Virus record (IMG/VR): IMGVR_UViG_3300029955_000023
Length of the DNA: 20,000 nucleotides
Direction: 5' to 3' (one strand)
Source of the DNA: an uncultured virus (IMG/VR IMGVR_UViG_3300029955_000023)
Taxonomy: Duplodnaviria > Heunggongvirae > Uroviricota > Caudoviricetes
The notes under the pieces were generated by a model that ran no database searches, was not told the origin of the DNA, and was given only the letters and a program-made list of their open reading frames with translations. A program made the position numbers and the translations under genes. This document shows positions 19,901 through 20,000 of this stretch, piece after piece. The first letter of the stretch is position 1. The number at the start of each line of letters is the position of its first letter.

Positions 19901-20000
19901 CCACCGAAGGATGACGGATTGGCCTCGATGTGCTGGTAGTCGTCGGGCGGACGGGCATCCGGCTGAACGTCGTCCGCGCCTCCGGCGTAAGGGACTTGGG
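16903..20000 (-). CDS. Internal virion/ejection protein with SGNH esterase and lytic transglycosylase domains (>1030 aa; 5' end just outside the window)
   Basis: The frame stays open upstream of the track's TTG start (19764) to the window edge: QVPYAGGADDVQPDARPPDDYQHIEANPSSFGGAIAQG... Helical Ala/Lys/Asp-rich scaffold. Located directly before the giant gene. Confidence 0.88.
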   Translation of the reverse strand, partial: QVPYAGGADDVQPDARPPDDYQHIEANPSSFGGAIAQGAEKAGAGAVDLSKFWGHVQADDASNNAQKEASDFAEHIRSLQGQDALDAQKSANTTLDSIYAKYRNQLGTPDQQHFFDNQNRPFFDRYIRGQLNTTFIDAGRQFATKTADAGIEVAHSMAATAGSDGNWATVEVSYHKALSGEIKKLQSAGMEADPDSIAAAKDKAALVYKSGLEGMATKDPDGAFAKLDDPKLKTALGSNYDATAKSVRDSVARSYISKADTIEVNDPTKAEAFVRANEAKFGVAFGAALDKAHQAADRAVGKGGGNASWDAAGSGPPKTTPVSSNAQVYGDSLGEGVKTAYGLSGDTKVGRTPQQVYDVLHALPDGSLAGKPVVISTGLSNSPKDVGYAFSQISEAIKKGAKPSDITVMGVGDRADFAGLNDRIKKFANETGAKFQPVDPSKLSPDRVHPASYSGLLGDVAPAAASGKKYSGDDLYPAFHGQESGGGKNTTTSVDNAHGDMQIIPDTFNRFAKPGETIDNPEDNKRVGHRILEYYSQKYNGDAARVAVAYFSGEGNVAPPGSATPWKENRHDGQGTFVSQYVNGILGRLGAPGVAATTQPLGHGSLSASGTMARPGWEDAAPSAEPESLETVKPTDAALTTSPPAALTPPAPPQTPEDVVNAIYDRQSAAMQHLQGMGLTPEQMIEGERQITQRAAFEIAAAGEQQRAVAAREKEATDDVLGTARKESYTAAYAKLNALMADPRRPLSEKAFDTLSDVLERRSGNPNPISYGSEYADALKNIVEPKSETDRISDPRDILKMEADGKLTAKGSDHLLGVLDKTKKSTSELGMQQREAGVLSYAKDYLDKSVNEPYYQVKDPEGKGIYELKFLNMFYGQLDDWRNANKNMADFPLFDQKKLDQMLTILRPRAKINEFQIGAGGQEAPDAPLPPPPANVAPAAWQSYVTKPPSVGGKPITHTQWANVLSILSESPTNATMQYFDKHFGPAGFSAERTVRDLRGSLVGKPENVGNEPPKQDALAPVFNTTMGISP
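18230..18590 (-). other. Soluble lytic transglycosylase (SLT) domain
   Basis: Motif I QESGG (catalytic E at 18552), motif II AHGDMQIIPDT, NPEDN...G..IL, and motif III AVAYFSGEGNV. Confidence 0.88.
18630..19026 (-). other. SGNH/GDSL hydrolase domain
   Basis: Block I VYGDSLG (S at 19005), block II VGRT, block III VVISTGLSN (N at 18858) and block V DRVHP (D 18663, H 18654). Confidence 0.8.

Larger units (their letters stand above)
1..20000 (-). mobile_element. Tailed phage/prophage late gene region (ejection proteins, DarB-like giant protein, fibre/spike genes)
   Basis: Co-oriented, overlapping genes encode an SLT-containing ejection-type protein, a DarB-like MTase-helicase polyprotein, a beta-helix fibre and a head-spike-like protein. 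No housekeeping genes. No integrase or att site is visible, so free phage versus prophage cannot be decided. Confidence 0.92.

Overview
GC-rich segment of the late (virion) gene module of a tailed phage or prophage, probably podovirus-like and plausibly from an Alphaproteobacterium (inference). The main genes are all on the minus strand and tightly coupled by TAATG/ATGA overlaps. In transcription order: (1) a >1030-aa ejection-type protein with an SGNH/GDSL esterase domain directly next to a lytic transglycosylase domain; (2) a 3799-aa DarB-like polyvalent protein (RelA/SpoT-type synthetase, N6-adenine methyltransferase, SNF2 helicase, HExxH metallopeptidase-like domain, LPD38-like C-terminus); (3) a 50-aa basic protein; (4) a 983-aa fibre/tailspike-like protein; (5) small genes; (6) a head-spike-fibre-like gene that runs off the left edge and is missing from the ORF track. 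The most striking observation is three small ORFs nested in the linkers of the giant gene, each with its own Shine-Dalgarno site. One is antisense and sits beside the RelA/SpoT domain (candidate antitoxin), one is TnpV-like and lies between the synthetase and the methyltransferase, and one follows the peptidase domain. Four of the downstream structural-type proteins also begin with Sec-like signal peptides. All family calls come from motif recognition by eye; no database searches were run.
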